This document shows, piece by piece, positions 40,963 to 49,717 of a stretch of DNA of 64,000 nucleotides. A program made the position numbers and the translations under genes. The stretch is from Bryobacteraceae bacterium (GTDB lineage: Bacteria; Acidobacteriota; Terriglobia; Bryobacterales; Bryobacteraceae). The DNA lies in assembly GCA_046331645.1 (NCBI GenBank), contig JAXLQM010000001.1, positions 152,473 through 216,472 on the forward strand. Reading direction: 5' to 3'. Numbering within the stretch: the first letter of the stretch is position 1; each line of letters opens with the position of its first letter. Under the pieces are notes generated by a model. It was not told the origin of the DNA. It made no database searches and was given only the letters and a program-made list of their open reading frames with translations.

Positions 40963-41772
40963 ATGCCGGAACTGCCTGAAGTGGAAGCGGTATGCCGCAA
41001 GCTGCGGCGCGATGTGCTGGGCGCATCCATTGTGCAGTTGCGCGTGGAGCGGGAATCGGTGGCTCGTCCGCAGGCCCCGTCGTTACTCGAAACCGAAGCC
41101 GCCGGCCGCGCCATTGAAGCCGTGGAACGCCGCGGGAAGAACATCCTGCTGCATCTTTCCGGCGAGCGCGTGCTGCATGTGCATCTGCGGATGACAGGCA
41201 ATCTGTATGTCATTCCCGATGTGCGCTTCCGCCCGGCCCTGGCGCGGCTGTGGATGGAGTTGGAGGGTGGGCGCGGGCTGATCTTCGAAGATTCGCGCGT
41301 ATTGGGCAAGGTGCATGTGCATCGTGTGGCCGATCTGGACGGCGTCCTGCGGGATGTTGGTGTGGAGCCACTCTCGCCGGCCTTCACTTTGGAGTATTTC
41401 CGCGGTATGGCGAAGGCGAGCGGGCAACCGTCGAAGATCTTCCTTATGGATCAGCGGCGGGTGGCGGGATTGGGCAATATCTATGCCGCCGAAGCACTGT
41501 TCCGGGCCGGGGTGAATCCGCGTAAGGCGATGCGCCGGGTGACGGCGGCCAAGCTCGCGCGGTTGTATGAAGTGATTGGCGAGGTGTTGCGGGAGGCGAT
41601 GGATTCGGCGTCGGCGGCCTACGAAGAGCCGGGCCGCTTTGTGGAAGGCGAATCGTTTCCCTGCGCCGTGTATGACCGTGAGGGCGAGCCTTGCCTCACT
41701 TGCGGCCGCGCCATCAAACGCATCGCGCAAGGGGGCCGCTCCACTTACTACTGCCCGGGATGCCAGCGCTGA
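40963..41772 (+). CDS. mutM: Formamidopyrimidine-DNA glycosylase.
   Basis: MPELPEVE (N-terminal Pro nucleophile), H2TH, and a C-terminal zinc finger CLTCGRAIKRIAQGGRSTYYCPGCQR. Confidence 0.9.
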   Translation: MPELPEVEAVCRKLRRDVLGASIVQLRVERESVARPQAPSLLETEAAGRAIEAVERRGKNILLHLSGERVLHVHLRMTGNLYVIPDVRFRPALARLWMELEGGRGLIFEDSRVLGKVHVHRVADLDGVLRDVGVEPLSPAFTLEYFRGMAKASGQPSKIFLMDQRRVAGLGNIYAAEALFRAGVNPRKAMRRVTAAKLARLYEVIGEVLREAMDSASAAYEEPGRFVEGESFPCAVYDREGEPCLTCGRAIKRIAQGGRSTYYCPGCQR

Positions 41773-42047
41773 TGTACGGGCTGCTGGTCTACGGCGGGAA
41801 CCACTTTATTGTCAATGGGCCGGAGCCTCCGGCGGAGATTGCGCGGGCGCTGGTGCGGGAGTGGGCGCATCCGATGCCAGGGCGTGCCGCCGATGAGCGA
41901 TTGGCCCCGTGGTCCATCCGGATACGCGCTTATCGCGAACAGTTGGCCTGGGCCGTGGTGGTACAGTGTGAGGAGTCTCACAGTGCTGCCGTGGTGGAAC
42001 TGCTGACGGAGTTGCGTGAACGCAGGTTGCCAATTCGCATGGTGTAG
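41772..42047 (+). CDS. Small hypothetical protein (91 aa).
   Basis: ATG overlaps the mutM stop (TGATG). Coding-like GC3. No homology recognised. Low confidence. Confidence 0.35.
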   Translation: MYGLLVYGGNHFIVNGPEPPAEIARALVREWAHPMPGRAADERLAPWSIRIRAYREQLAWAVVVQCEESHSAAVVELLTELRERRLPIRMV

Positions 42048-42104
42048 TTGTTTTTCTTCCATGGAAAGCGTTGGCGCGATTGCTTACATGGAGGAGCACA
42101 AGAC

Positions 42105-43355
42105 ATGCCTGAAACAACAATTAACTTCACAAACATCGAACAGGGCAAAGCCAACTGCTATTACAAGGTGGAATGGAAAGACACACTGCCGGATAACTAC
42201 CGGGTGTTTCTGTGCGTGGGACGGCGGAACAACTTCGTGGATATCACCAAGGGCTTCACGCGGACGGAGCTGTATCCATTAGCGCGCTGTTTCCGCGCGT
42301 GGGGGCAGTGGAATCAGCCGGTGGATTGCTGGCTGGAAGGCGGTTTCGCGCCGGCGGGTGTGGGAAACGTCACCTCGAATGTGCGCCAGATCGTGACCCC
42401 GGTCCGCCCGTTCTGCGGCCCGCTGACAACCCGCATGATTGCCAATGAGCCAATCCCGTTCACTTACACGGGCACCGGCGTGGGCCGATTCTTCGACCTG
42501 GATAAGCTGGACGGTTGCGCCTACTATATGAAGTACGGCAGCGCGCTTGAAACCGATCCGAAGATGCGCGGCATGGATTGCACCACGTTTCCGCGATCGC
42601 TGTTTGAGCTCAGCTCCGATGTCGGCGGATCGATGCCCGGCAACAATTACGCGGCGCTGCACATTGCCAACGATCTGGGGGCCACGGCGGTCGGGATCGA
42701 AGGCGTTTCGAAGACGCAGATGATGAAAGATCTGTTCGGGCTGGATGCGGAAAAGAACTTCCTCGCCTGGCCGAAGGAAGGTCTCTACATCCTGTGGACC
42801 ACCGGCCACATCATGCTGTACCGCGGCGAGAAGGACCGCCAGCGCTACGGCATTCACGAGTTCACGGGCTCCGGTTCGGGCGGCCGGGAATGGAAAGCGA
42901 TCGGCTACAAAGAGACAGGTATTCTCAACCGCACGTTCTATTCCGGGCCATACTGGGCGCGAAAAATCCCATCGACACACGAATGGCGGGTGATCAGCAC
43001 CACTCTCTCCGACTACTTCACCAGCGATTTCCCGGAGGAGATGAATCCGGCCGGTGGCATGACCATCGGGACGCCGAAGGGAAGCACTCCGGTGCGATTG
43101 GGCACAGGCAATGGTGGCGGCGCTCCGAAGGGCAAGAGCTACACCGTGGTCTCCGGCGACAGCCTGTCGGCGATTGCCGGCAAGTTCTACGGCGATGTGC
43201 TGCTCTGGCCCATCATTTATGACGCCAACAAGCAGACCGTGGGCTCCGATCCGAACAAGATCTATCCGGGGCAGAAACTGACCATTCCCGACATCGGAGG
43301 CTATTCGTCGCAGCAGTTGACGGATGCGCGCAACCGGGGCCGGAACTGGCGCTAA
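42105..43355 (+). CDS. LysM-domain protein with a putative papain-like (NlpC/P60-like) Cys/His/His core; no signal peptide.
   Basis: C-terminal LysM YTVVSGDSLSAIAGKFYGDVLLWPIIYDANK…IYPGQKLTIP. Central GMDCTTF … GHIMLYRGE … YGIHEF spacing resembles the NlpC/P60 Cys-His-His arrangement. GGAGGAG RBS 11 nt upstream of ATG 42105. Confidence 0.65.
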   Translation: MPETTINFTNIEQGKANCYYKVEWKDTLPDNYRVFLCVGRRNNFVDITKGFTRTELYPLARCFRAWGQWNQPVDCWLEGGFAPAGVGNVTSNVRQIVTPVRPFCGPLTTRMIANEPIPFTYTGTGVGRFFDLDKLDGCAYYMKYGSALETDPKMRGMDCTTFPRSLFELSSDVGGSMPGNNYAALHIANDLGATAVGIEGVSKTQMMKDLFGLDAEKNFLAWPKEGLYILWTTGHIMLYRGEKDRQRYGIHEFTGSGSGGREWKAIGYKETGILNRTFYSGPYWARKIPSTHEWRVISTTLSDYFTSDFPEEMNPAGGMTIGTPKGSTPVRLGTGNGGGAPKGKSYTVVSGDSLSAIAGKFYGDVLLWPIIYDANKQTVGSDPNKIYPGQKLTIPDIGGYSSQQLTDARNRGRNWR

Positions 43356-43379
43356 TGCTCGCCGGGCGATACTGGATAA

Positions 43380-44051
43380 GTGTCGACGTTTGAAGCAATC
43401 TTTTTCGATTTCGATGGTGTACTGGTGGACAGTGAGCCGGTACACCATCAGTGCTGGTGCGTAGTGATGGGGCGGCTGGGAGTGGAACTCGACTGGCCGA
43501 CGTATCAAAGCACGTTGCGCGGCCATTCCGGCAAGCCGCTGTTGGAGGCGCTGTGCCGGTTAAAAGACCCGCCGCTCGCCTTTGAGCAGGTGCAGTCTTA
43601 CTACGACTTCAAGAACGATCTGTTCCGCGATACCGTGTTGCGCAATCCAGGCCAGTTGATGAGCGCCGACGTTCGTCTGCTGCTCGATGATTTGAGCCAG
43701 TACCGCCTGGCGGTGGTGAGTTCGGCGCGGCGGACACACGTGGTGCCCATCCTCGAATCGCTGGGCCTGCTCGACCGTTTTGAGACGTTGGTGTGCCGCG
43801 AGGATGTGCAAACCCTGAAGCCATCACCGGAGCCTTACCGCACGGCGGCCATGCGCCTGGGTGTGGAACGGGCACTGGTGGTGGAAGATTCCGAAGCGGG
43901 CGCGGCCAGCGGGCGCGGGGCAGGCTTCGAGGTGATCATGCACCCGGACTACACTCACTTGCCTTGGCTGGTGCGCGAGCGGCTGGCGAATTCCCTCGTC
44001 CAGCGGGAAAAAATCTCCTCCACCGGGGGAGCTTCTTCCGTACCGAGATAG
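43380..44051 (+). CDS. HAD-superfamily hydrolase, subfamily IA.
   Basis: Motif I FFDFDGVLVDSE, motif II VSSARR, and motifs III/IV K…EDSEAG. GTG start. The C-terminal ~30 codons overlap the convergent gene, so the true end is uncertain. Confidence 0.75.
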   Translation: MSTFEAIFFDFDGVLVDSEPVHHQCWCVVMGRLGVELDWPTYQSTLRGHSGKPLLEALCRLKDPPLAFEQVQSYYDFKNDLFRDTVLRNPGQLMSADVRLLLDDLSQYRLAVVSSARRTHVVPILESLGLLDRFETLVCREDVQTLKPSPEPYRTAAMRLGVERALVVEDSEAGAASGRGAGFEVIMHPDYTHLPWLVRERLANSLVQREKISSTGGASSVPR

Positions 44052-45580
44052 CGCTGGTAAGCCTTGATCACGTACGCCGCGGCGTTGTGATGCGGCGGGA
44101 TGTATTCATCAAACAGCGGGTTGCCGCGAAAGCGCTCGTGCTGGCGGTCCCAGAAGCTTTCCCACTCCAGCGTCCCGGTGAGCGCCGCTTCGTTCAATGC
44201 CTTCAGCAGCGGATCGTTCACCGTGTGTGAGCCGGTGGCGCGCGTCACCAGCACGTCGGCCTGGGGGGCCAGTTGCAGCACTTCGCCCACACTCCCCATG
44301 CCCCGGCAACTGCCCAGGAAGACGAAGGCAGTGGTGGGGGGAAGCACGGCCAGTGTCTTGGGGACGTGGAACTCATGGCCGCGGTGGACGATGACGCCTG
44401 GTGTGCCACGCAGCGGCACTTCGTGCCCGGGCAGGTTGGCCTCAATGCGCATCGCGCCCTTGGTGAGGGTGACCGCGCCGCCGTGCTCGCTCCACGTCCA
44501 GCCATTTTCGCGATAGGTGCGGCGGAAAGAGGCGAAGGACTCCCGGCCATCGTCGTCATCATAGAAGAAGTGGCGTTGCACGAGCCATGCCTTCGCCAAA
44601 GCCGCGTGATGCGTGGAGCCATCGAGAGTCAATTTGAGGACACCTGCGACTTCGGCGGCCAGCAGCATGTCTTCATAGGTGGTGGGATTCTCCAGCGTAC
44701 GGGCGATCCACTCCCTGGGCAACGCGCTGATGCGGCCGTAAACCGCGGCATCGCGCACGAAGCGCCGCAGATGGGGCCAGGATGGCGTAGCCGGCAGTTT
44801 CCCCCGCAACAGGTTGTCGAAAATTGTTTGAAACAGCGGCTTGTCGATCTGTTCGCGGCCTTGCACCAGCAGGAGGTACACTTCGCGCGGCTGCCAGGCG
44901 CGCAGCGCGGTCAAGCGGGGTGTGACGCCATGCTGCTTCGCCTCCAGCGACCAGCGCTCCGCGAAGGGAATGGCCTCGCGATCAGCGGCGGCGATGCGCG
45001 CGAAGTAGAGTTTGTCATCGCGGGCAATCCCGAGCGCCTGTTCATATGGAACCTCGGTGAGCCACGCCAGCCGCTGCTTCAGCGGTAGATCGAGGGTGTC
45101 ACGGGCGAGAATAGCCTGGAGATTGGCCGGCAGCAGTTCCTTTAAACGAGCGGCCCGGCCCGAGGAACCGGCAGCGATTCCCAGCGCTTCGCCGGGCGTG
45201 AGGGAGATGGCCAGGGGAACGAGTCCATAGGGTTCCAACGCGGCTGCTTCGCGGATGGCGATACTCGGATGGGCGCGGACGCAGGCTTCGAGGATTCGTT
45301 TGTCACCCAGTTCCAGCGCCAGCGGAAGCGGCAGGTCGCCGATCCATGGCTGGCCTGCCACCAGGGTCACAAAGCGTTTCGCCAGGGCAGGGGAGTGGCG
45401 GGCGGCGGCGGTGAAGGCCCGTTGCAGCAGGGGATCGCGGCGGCGCGGTTCGGCGATGCGGGAAGCACAAGCCAGCACCAACAGCGGGTTCGACTGCGTC
45501 TGCGCCCGTAACTCAGTGAGTATGCCGGAGGCCGGGCAACGCGCGGCTTCTACGGTGGGATCCTCGGGCGGGAGATACAT
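43955..45580 (-). CDS. Hypothetical 541-aa protein, last gene of the tadG/E/E operon; C-terminal caspase/CHAT-like His…Cys motif.
   Basis: GC3-rich ORF 30 nt downstream of tadE-like. …GTPGVIVHRGHEFHVPKTLAVLPPTTAFVFLGSCRGMGSV… resembles the CHAT/caspase catalytic dyad context. The N-terminal ~380 aa are helical-repeat-like. No signal peptide. Confidence 0.55.
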   Translation of the reverse strand: MYLPPEDPTVEAARCPASGILTELRAQTQSNPLLVLACASRIAEPRRRDPLLQRAFTAAARHSPALAKRFVTLVAGQPWIGDLPLPLALELGDKRILEACVRAHPSIAIREAAALEPYGLVPLAISLTPGEALGIAAGSSGRAARLKELLPANLQAILARDTLDLPLKQRLAWLTEVPYEQALGIARDDKLYFARIAAADREAIPFAERWSLEAKQHGVTPRLTALRAWQPREVYLLLVQGREQIDKPLFQTIFDNLLRGKLPATPSWPHLRRFVRDAAVYGRISALPREWIARTLENPTTYEDMLLAAEVAGVLKLTLDGSTHHAALAKAWLVQRHFFYDDDDGRESFASFRRTYRENGWTWSEHGGAVTLTKGAMRIEANLPGHEVPLRGTPGVIVHRGHEFHVPKTLAVLPPTTAFVFLGSCRGMGSVGEVLQLAPQADVLVTRATGSHTVNDPLLKALNEAALTGTLEWESFWDRQHERFRGNPLFDEYIPPHHNAAAYVIKAYQRYLGTEEAPPVEEIFSRWTREFASRSRTSQGK

Positions 45581-45610
45581 CTTCTCCCATTATGCAGTGG
45601 GGCCTGCAGA

Positions 45611-46084
45611 CTACGGGCAGCGGGCCCCGGATGCCGCCTGGCCTTCATAGGGCGCCGAGGCCTTGATCGTCGCGGCGGTCATATTGTTGTTGGCGATGTA
45701 GGGCGAGATGATGGAGTAGCGGTAGCCGCTGATTTGAACCTGAACCATGGCCCCATCGCACCCGATCCAACTGGATTGCGGTGTGCCGGCGCCTTGCGGC
45801 GTGGGCGCCGTCACGGTAACCATCGATGGAGTGAGATTGTGCACCATGGGCGTGTTCGGGCTGGCCGCTGCGTTCCCGTACACAATGTAGTTCTTTACCT
45901 GATCCGTGTTGAGCGGCGATTGCACGGCGGCCCAGCGGGCGCCTTCGCGGGCGCGGTTCGTCAGGGCGTGATGCGTGTAGAGAAACTGAGAAACATCGAC
46001 GATGCCGATCATCACGGCGAGAAAGCACATCACCACCAGGGACGATTCGACGAGCGTGGATCCACGTTGATTCTTACGACGCAT
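45611..46084 (-). CDS. TadE/TadF-like pseudopilin.
   Basis: MRRKNQRGSTLVESSLVVMCFLAVMIGIVDVSQFLY: a TadE-like N-terminal motif, Gly then Glu at +5, plus a hydrophobic helix. Confidence 0.7.
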   Translation of the reverse strand: MRRKNQRGSTLVESSLVVMCFLAVMIGIVDVSQFLYTHHALTNRAREGARWAAVQSPLNTDQVKNYIVYGNAAASPNTPMVHNLTPSMVTVTAPTPQGAGTPQSSWIGCDGAMVQVQISGYRYSIISPYIANNNMTAATIKASAPYEGQAASGARCP

Positions 46085-46089
46085 GTTCG

Positions 46090-46578
46090 CTACTCCGTTC
46101 CAGAAGGCAGATATTGCCCGAAATAGGGGAATTCGACGTAGGGACGCCCGCTGAGAGTGACCGTGCCAAAAATTCCGTTGACGTTGAGGCCGCTCACCGA
46201 TACGGACACTTTCCGTGGGGACACTGCCGAGGAGGCGGAGTTGCCGCTGTTATCGGTGACCGTCACATTGACCATGCTGGTGGTGAGATTCGGCACTAGC
46301 GGAGTTCCGGAACTGGCCTGCGGGTCGCCATACACCGCCATCTGTTTCACAGCGGTTCGGAAGGCTGTAATGGAATTGGAGTTGCCGGCGTTGAAGGTGC
46401 GCGATCCCCCGTAGCGGGCGGCATTGCGAACTGCTTCCTCCAGCCGCAGGTATTGGTAGAAGGTGAAGCCAAACTGGAACGTGTTGGCAAACACAGGGAT
46501 CAGGATCAGGCTGGCCAGAGCGAACTCCACCATCGCGTTCCCACGCTGGCGGCGGCGTACAAGAGAAACGGGCTTCAT
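46090..46578 (-). CDS. TadE-like pseudopilin.
   Basis: A start at 46578 gives MKPVSLVRRRQRGNAMVEFALASLILIPVFANTFQFGFTFYQY (TadE motif). The track's 35-aa N-terminal extension is Arg-rich and unlikely. Confidence 0.7.
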   Translation of the reverse strand: MKPVSLVRRRQRGNAMVEFALASLILIPVFANTFQFGFTFYQYLRLEEAVRNAARYGGSRTFNAGNSNSITAFRTAVKQMAVYGDPQASSGTPLVPNLTTSMVNVTVTDNSGNSASSAVSPRKVSVSVSGLNVNGIFGTVTLSGRPYVEFPYFGQYLPSGTE

Positions 46579-47768
46579 TGCACCAACCTCACGACATAAA
46601 GACCCAGTCCACCGGAGGACCCGCCGACGCCGGGTTTGGTGGAACCGACGACGGGCATGTTGCCGACATATTCGGCGCACCATGCGGCATGGTCGCTCGG
46701 ATCGAAGCTGTTCTCATTGAGGAAGAACACGCCGTAGCCGACTGCGATCTGGGCGTTCGCGCCGAGGCTGTTGCCGGCGCTATCCATGAGCCCGGTGTTG
46801 ATAGCCGCGATCACCAGCCGTCGTCCATTGCCGTTGCCTGCCGCTTTGTAATCGGCATAAGAACGGGCGCTGGTGTTGCTGTCTTCATTGAAGCGATCCT
46901 GCATGCCGAAGCGCGCCCCGCCGTGGTCGCCACCGGTTTCGTGGATTTGCTGGCCGAGGATTACCGGGAAATCGAAGTCGAGGTCGGTCCCGAGGATGTA
47001 CTCGCGCATGTCCTGGGTGCTGTTGGTGAGCGTAAACCCGCGCCAGCGGTTGGAATTGCCGTCGCCGCCCCGGTTGCCATTGCCGTTGCCGTTGGAGTTG
47101 CCCTGCGAATTGCCGTCCTGTTTGCGGATCCAGGTGGAACTCTGGTCGCCCGCGCAGGGCGCGTCCCGGTACGGGTCGCCAGGCCATTTCAAGGTGTAGG
47201 ACGCCCCTACCGTGAGGCCGAAGTCGGGGTTGTTGTTGTGCATCGTGAGTGGGGTTACGTCGTCGGTGTGCGAGACCGGTGACAGAGGAATCACAGGCAC
47301 GGTGCTGCCCGAGAGCACTTGTCCGGCGATCGCGGTGGCGCCCACCACTGTGGTTTCGGCCACTTCGCTGCCGTTACGCACGTTGAGTGCCGGAGCGAAG
47401 TAGAGCCGCAGGCTCGGGATCCGGGCGTTGACCCGGACATAGGCGCGGCCCGCCATGCTGGATGGGTTGGCGTCCCAGGGTCCCGTGGACGTTGCGCCAA
47501 ACTCTACCGTCGTGCTGGAGAAGTTCTCCGTGTCCCAGTTCCAGCGGTTGCGTGAAGCGGCGACCGCCGCCAAGGCAGCGGTCCGTCCATCGGCGGTGCC
47601 ATCCAGTTGAAGCGCGGCGGAGATAGCTGCGGCATCGGCAAAGGCCTGCGCCTCCGAGCGCGCGATGTAAAGACGGCCGACATCAATCGCCAGTCCTGAG
47701 ATTCCGATTAGAACGGCAATCGATAGAGCCGTCGTCACAAGCACAAATCCTCGTCGTGAGCGTTTCAT
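46575..47768 (-). CDS. TadG-like pilus assembly protein.
   Basis: MKRSRRGFVLVTTALSIAVLIGISGLAIDVGRLYIARSEAQAFADAAAISAAL (TadG N-terminal domain) and a Gly/Asn-rich low-complexity stretch. AGGAG RBS upstream. Confidence 0.7.
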   Translation of the reverse strand: MKRSRRGFVLVTTALSIAVLIGISGLAIDVGRLYIARSEAQAFADAAAISAALQLDGTADGRTAALAAVAASRNRWNWDTENFSSTTVEFGATSTGPWDANPSSMAGRAYVRVNARIPSLRLYFAPALNVRNGSEVAETTVVGATAIAGQVLSGSTVPVIPLSPVSHTDDVTPLTMHNNNPDFGLTVGASYTLKWPGDPYRDAPCAGDQSSTWIRKQDGNSQGNSNGNGNGNRGGDGNSNRWRGFTLTNSTQDMREYILGTDLDFDFPVILGQQIHETGGDHGGARFGMQDRFNEDSNTSARSYADYKAAGNGNGRRLVIAAINTGLMDSAGNSLGANAQIAVGYGVFFLNENSFDPSDHAAWCAEYVGNMPVVGSTKPGVGGSSGGLGLYVVRLVQ

Positions 47769-48030
47769 AGCACAGTCTCCTGAACGCTGTGATGCAATCT
47801 GTTCGAATGTTTTTCCGATGTTAATCTATCGGAATTTGTGCCCTAAATATTACACTTGCAATGGGGCGGGCTGAACACGTTCTTGCACCGTTGCGTAAGC
47901 ATAACTGTCTCATTGGAGACGGTTTAGCTCAAGAGAAGAAAGTACTAGGGGGATGGAGAATTTCGCAAGAATTATTGCTTAGTGAAGAGTCTAATTCTGT
48001 GACAGTAATTTGAATTACGATTGTATGGTT

Positions 48031-48061
48031 GCCTGAAAACGGTAAGGGAGGCGGACCTCCC
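48031..48061 (-). terminator. Rho-independent terminator of the sigma / anti-sigma / DUF4097 operon.
   Basis: Minus-strand GGGAGG-uccg-CCUCCC hairpin abutting the stop codon, followed by UUACCGUUUUC. Confidence 0.5.
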
Positions 48062-48867
48062 TATTTCTTGCGGATAAAGATGGTGCCGTTGAGCGTTGTG
48101 AACTGCATTTCCGGGCCGCCACCGTTAATCGCTCCGTACATCGCCTTGTCGAATCGCACGCGGTAGCGTTTGCCGTCCGCAGTGCGGGTCTCCTGCGGCG
48201 CCGGCTGCGAGGTGGGCTTGAGCGTGATTTCGAAATCGGAAAAGATGTCCCCATTTTCCGATTTCATCTTCAAATTGGCCTTGGTGTCCGCGGGCAGGGT
48301 GACGTCGACATTGCCGTTCAAGGTGGAGAAGCTCATCGCTTTGTTGGGCGTGATCTGATTGAGGCTGACGATCAGCTTGCCGTTGAGCGTATGGGCCACC
48401 ACGGCGCCGGAGACGTTGGTGACGCTGATGTTGCCGTTGAGGTTGTTGACGTCGATTTCGCCGCTGATGCCTTCCACGGTGATGTTGCCGCTATTGACGG
48501 TGTTGAGCTTGACTGAGGTGTCGGTGGGGACGTAGATCGTGATGTCAGTGGCGCTGCTTGGGGGCCCCGCGGATATCTTGATCTGATTGCCGGATTCTTC
48601 CACCGTGAACCCACTGGTGGAACCGCCGATGCGCCGCATCCCGGGGGGAGGTTGACTACGGCTGGTGCGTCCGTTGCGCGATTTTCCTTCGATAATTGCT
48701 TCCTTTGCATTGTGCGCCTTGACGGTGATGCTCCCATGAACCAACGCGCACGTGACGCGCTTGGCACCTGAAGGGTCGCTGAACGGGACGGTGACGCGGT
48801 CGCTACTGTCCTGGGCCCAAACAGCGGTGGCGGCGATGAGGAGAAAGGCGGTCTTCGTGAGAAACAT
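48061..48867 (-). CDS. DUF4097-family beta-strand repeat protein (putative adhesin, YvlB-like), secreted.
   Basis: Signal peptide MFLTKTAFLLIAATAVWAQ. Repeats NSGNITVEGISGEIDVNNLNGNISVTNVSGAVVAHTLNGKLIVS. The track's 87-aa N-terminal extension was rejected. Confidence 0.7.
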   Translation of the reverse strand: MFLTKTAFLLIAATAVWAQDSSDRVTVPFSDPSGAKRVTCALVHGSITVKAHNAKEAIIEGKSRNGRTSRSQPPPGMRRIGGSTSGFTVEESGNQIKISAGPPSSATDITIYVPTDTSVKLNTVNSGNITVEGISGEIDVNNLNGNISVTNVSGAVVAHTLNGKLIVSLNQITPNKAMSFSTLNGNVDVTLPADTKANLKMKSENGDIFSDFEITLKPTSQPAPQETRTADGKRYRVRFDKAMYGAINGGGPEMQFTTLNGTIFIRKK

Positions 48868-48868
48868 G

Positions 48869-49690
48869 TTAGCGCTCCGAGATCTGGATGGTTCCGTTGA
48901 GAGTTTCAAATCGATGTTCCGGGCCGCCCGCGCCCACCTGGACGGCGAAGCTGCGGTCGCTGCGATAAACGCGGCGCCCGTTCTTCTCTTCGCTCTCCAC
49001 GGGCTGGCTGGGCATGGCCGTGGCCGGGAAATTGGTGAACACGTCGCCGTGCATTGTTTTGAAGCGAAGGCGGCCATTGAGATTGCGCGGGAAGGCCACA
49101 TCAATGCCCCCGTTGACGGTCTTGGCATCGAAGGCTTCGGTGGGCGATTGCGTCACCGAGACCTTGATGCCGCCGTTGACCGTATGTGCCGTTCCTGCCG
49201 CGCCCACTTCTTCGAGCGTGATCCCGCCGTTGACGGTACGGGCCGACACCGCGCCATTCAGGCTGCGTGCCGTGACCCCGCCATTCACCGTGCGCAATTC
49301 GGCGGCGATTGCGGCCGGGGCTTCGATCTCGAAATCGAAACGCACGCTGTAGTCGCGGCTGCAATTGCCTTTGCAACCGCCGCCTTTGTGATCGTCGGCA
49401 CAGTCGCTGTATGGCCCTGCGACACAAAGCTTGAGGCGCGAGCCGCCGGTATCGACGTCGAGGCGCACTTCGCGCTTCGCCAGATCGACGTCAGAGCTCG
49501 TCTTGCCTTCGATCCGTTTGTGGATGGTGACCTGGAAGTCGCTACGGGCCGAGCCCACTACCCGGACCGATCCGTTGACATTGCGGATCTCCAGGCGCGA
49601 GGCGGACGGGTAGGACTGACGGATCGTCTCTTTTTCCTCAACGGCGGCAAGCGCCAGCGGCAGGCAGAGTAAGAGCAGGGTGTGTTTCAT
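48869..49690 (-). CDS. DUF4097-family beta-strand repeat protein (paralog), secreted.
   Basis: Signal peptide MKHTLLLLCLPLALAAV. Repeats TVNGGVTARSLNGAVSARTVNGGITLEEV…TVNGGIKVS. A 1-nt gap to the downstream paralog. Confidence 0.7.
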   Translation of the reverse strand: MKHTLLLLCLPLALAAVEEKETIRQSYPSASRLEIRNVNGSVRVVGSARSDFQVTIHKRIEGKTSSDVDLAKREVRLDVDTGGSRLKLCVAGPYSDCADDHKGGGCKGNCSRDYSVRFDFEIEAPAAIAAELRTVNGGVTARSLNGAVSARTVNGGITLEEVGAAGTAHTVNGGIKVSVTQSPTEAFDAKTVNGGIDVAFPRNLNGRLRFKTMHGDVFTNFPATAMPSQPVESEEKNGRRVYRSDRSFAVQVGAGGPEHRFETLNGTIQISER

Positions 49691-49717
49691 GATTCCTTCC
49701 TGTTGTGGTTGAATTCT

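Noticed and set aside
47769-48060. Search for a flp pilin ORF upstream of tadG.
   Set aside because: The only small ORF (30 aa: MRQLCLRNGARTCSARPIASVIFRAQIPID) lacks the Flp motif and an RBS.
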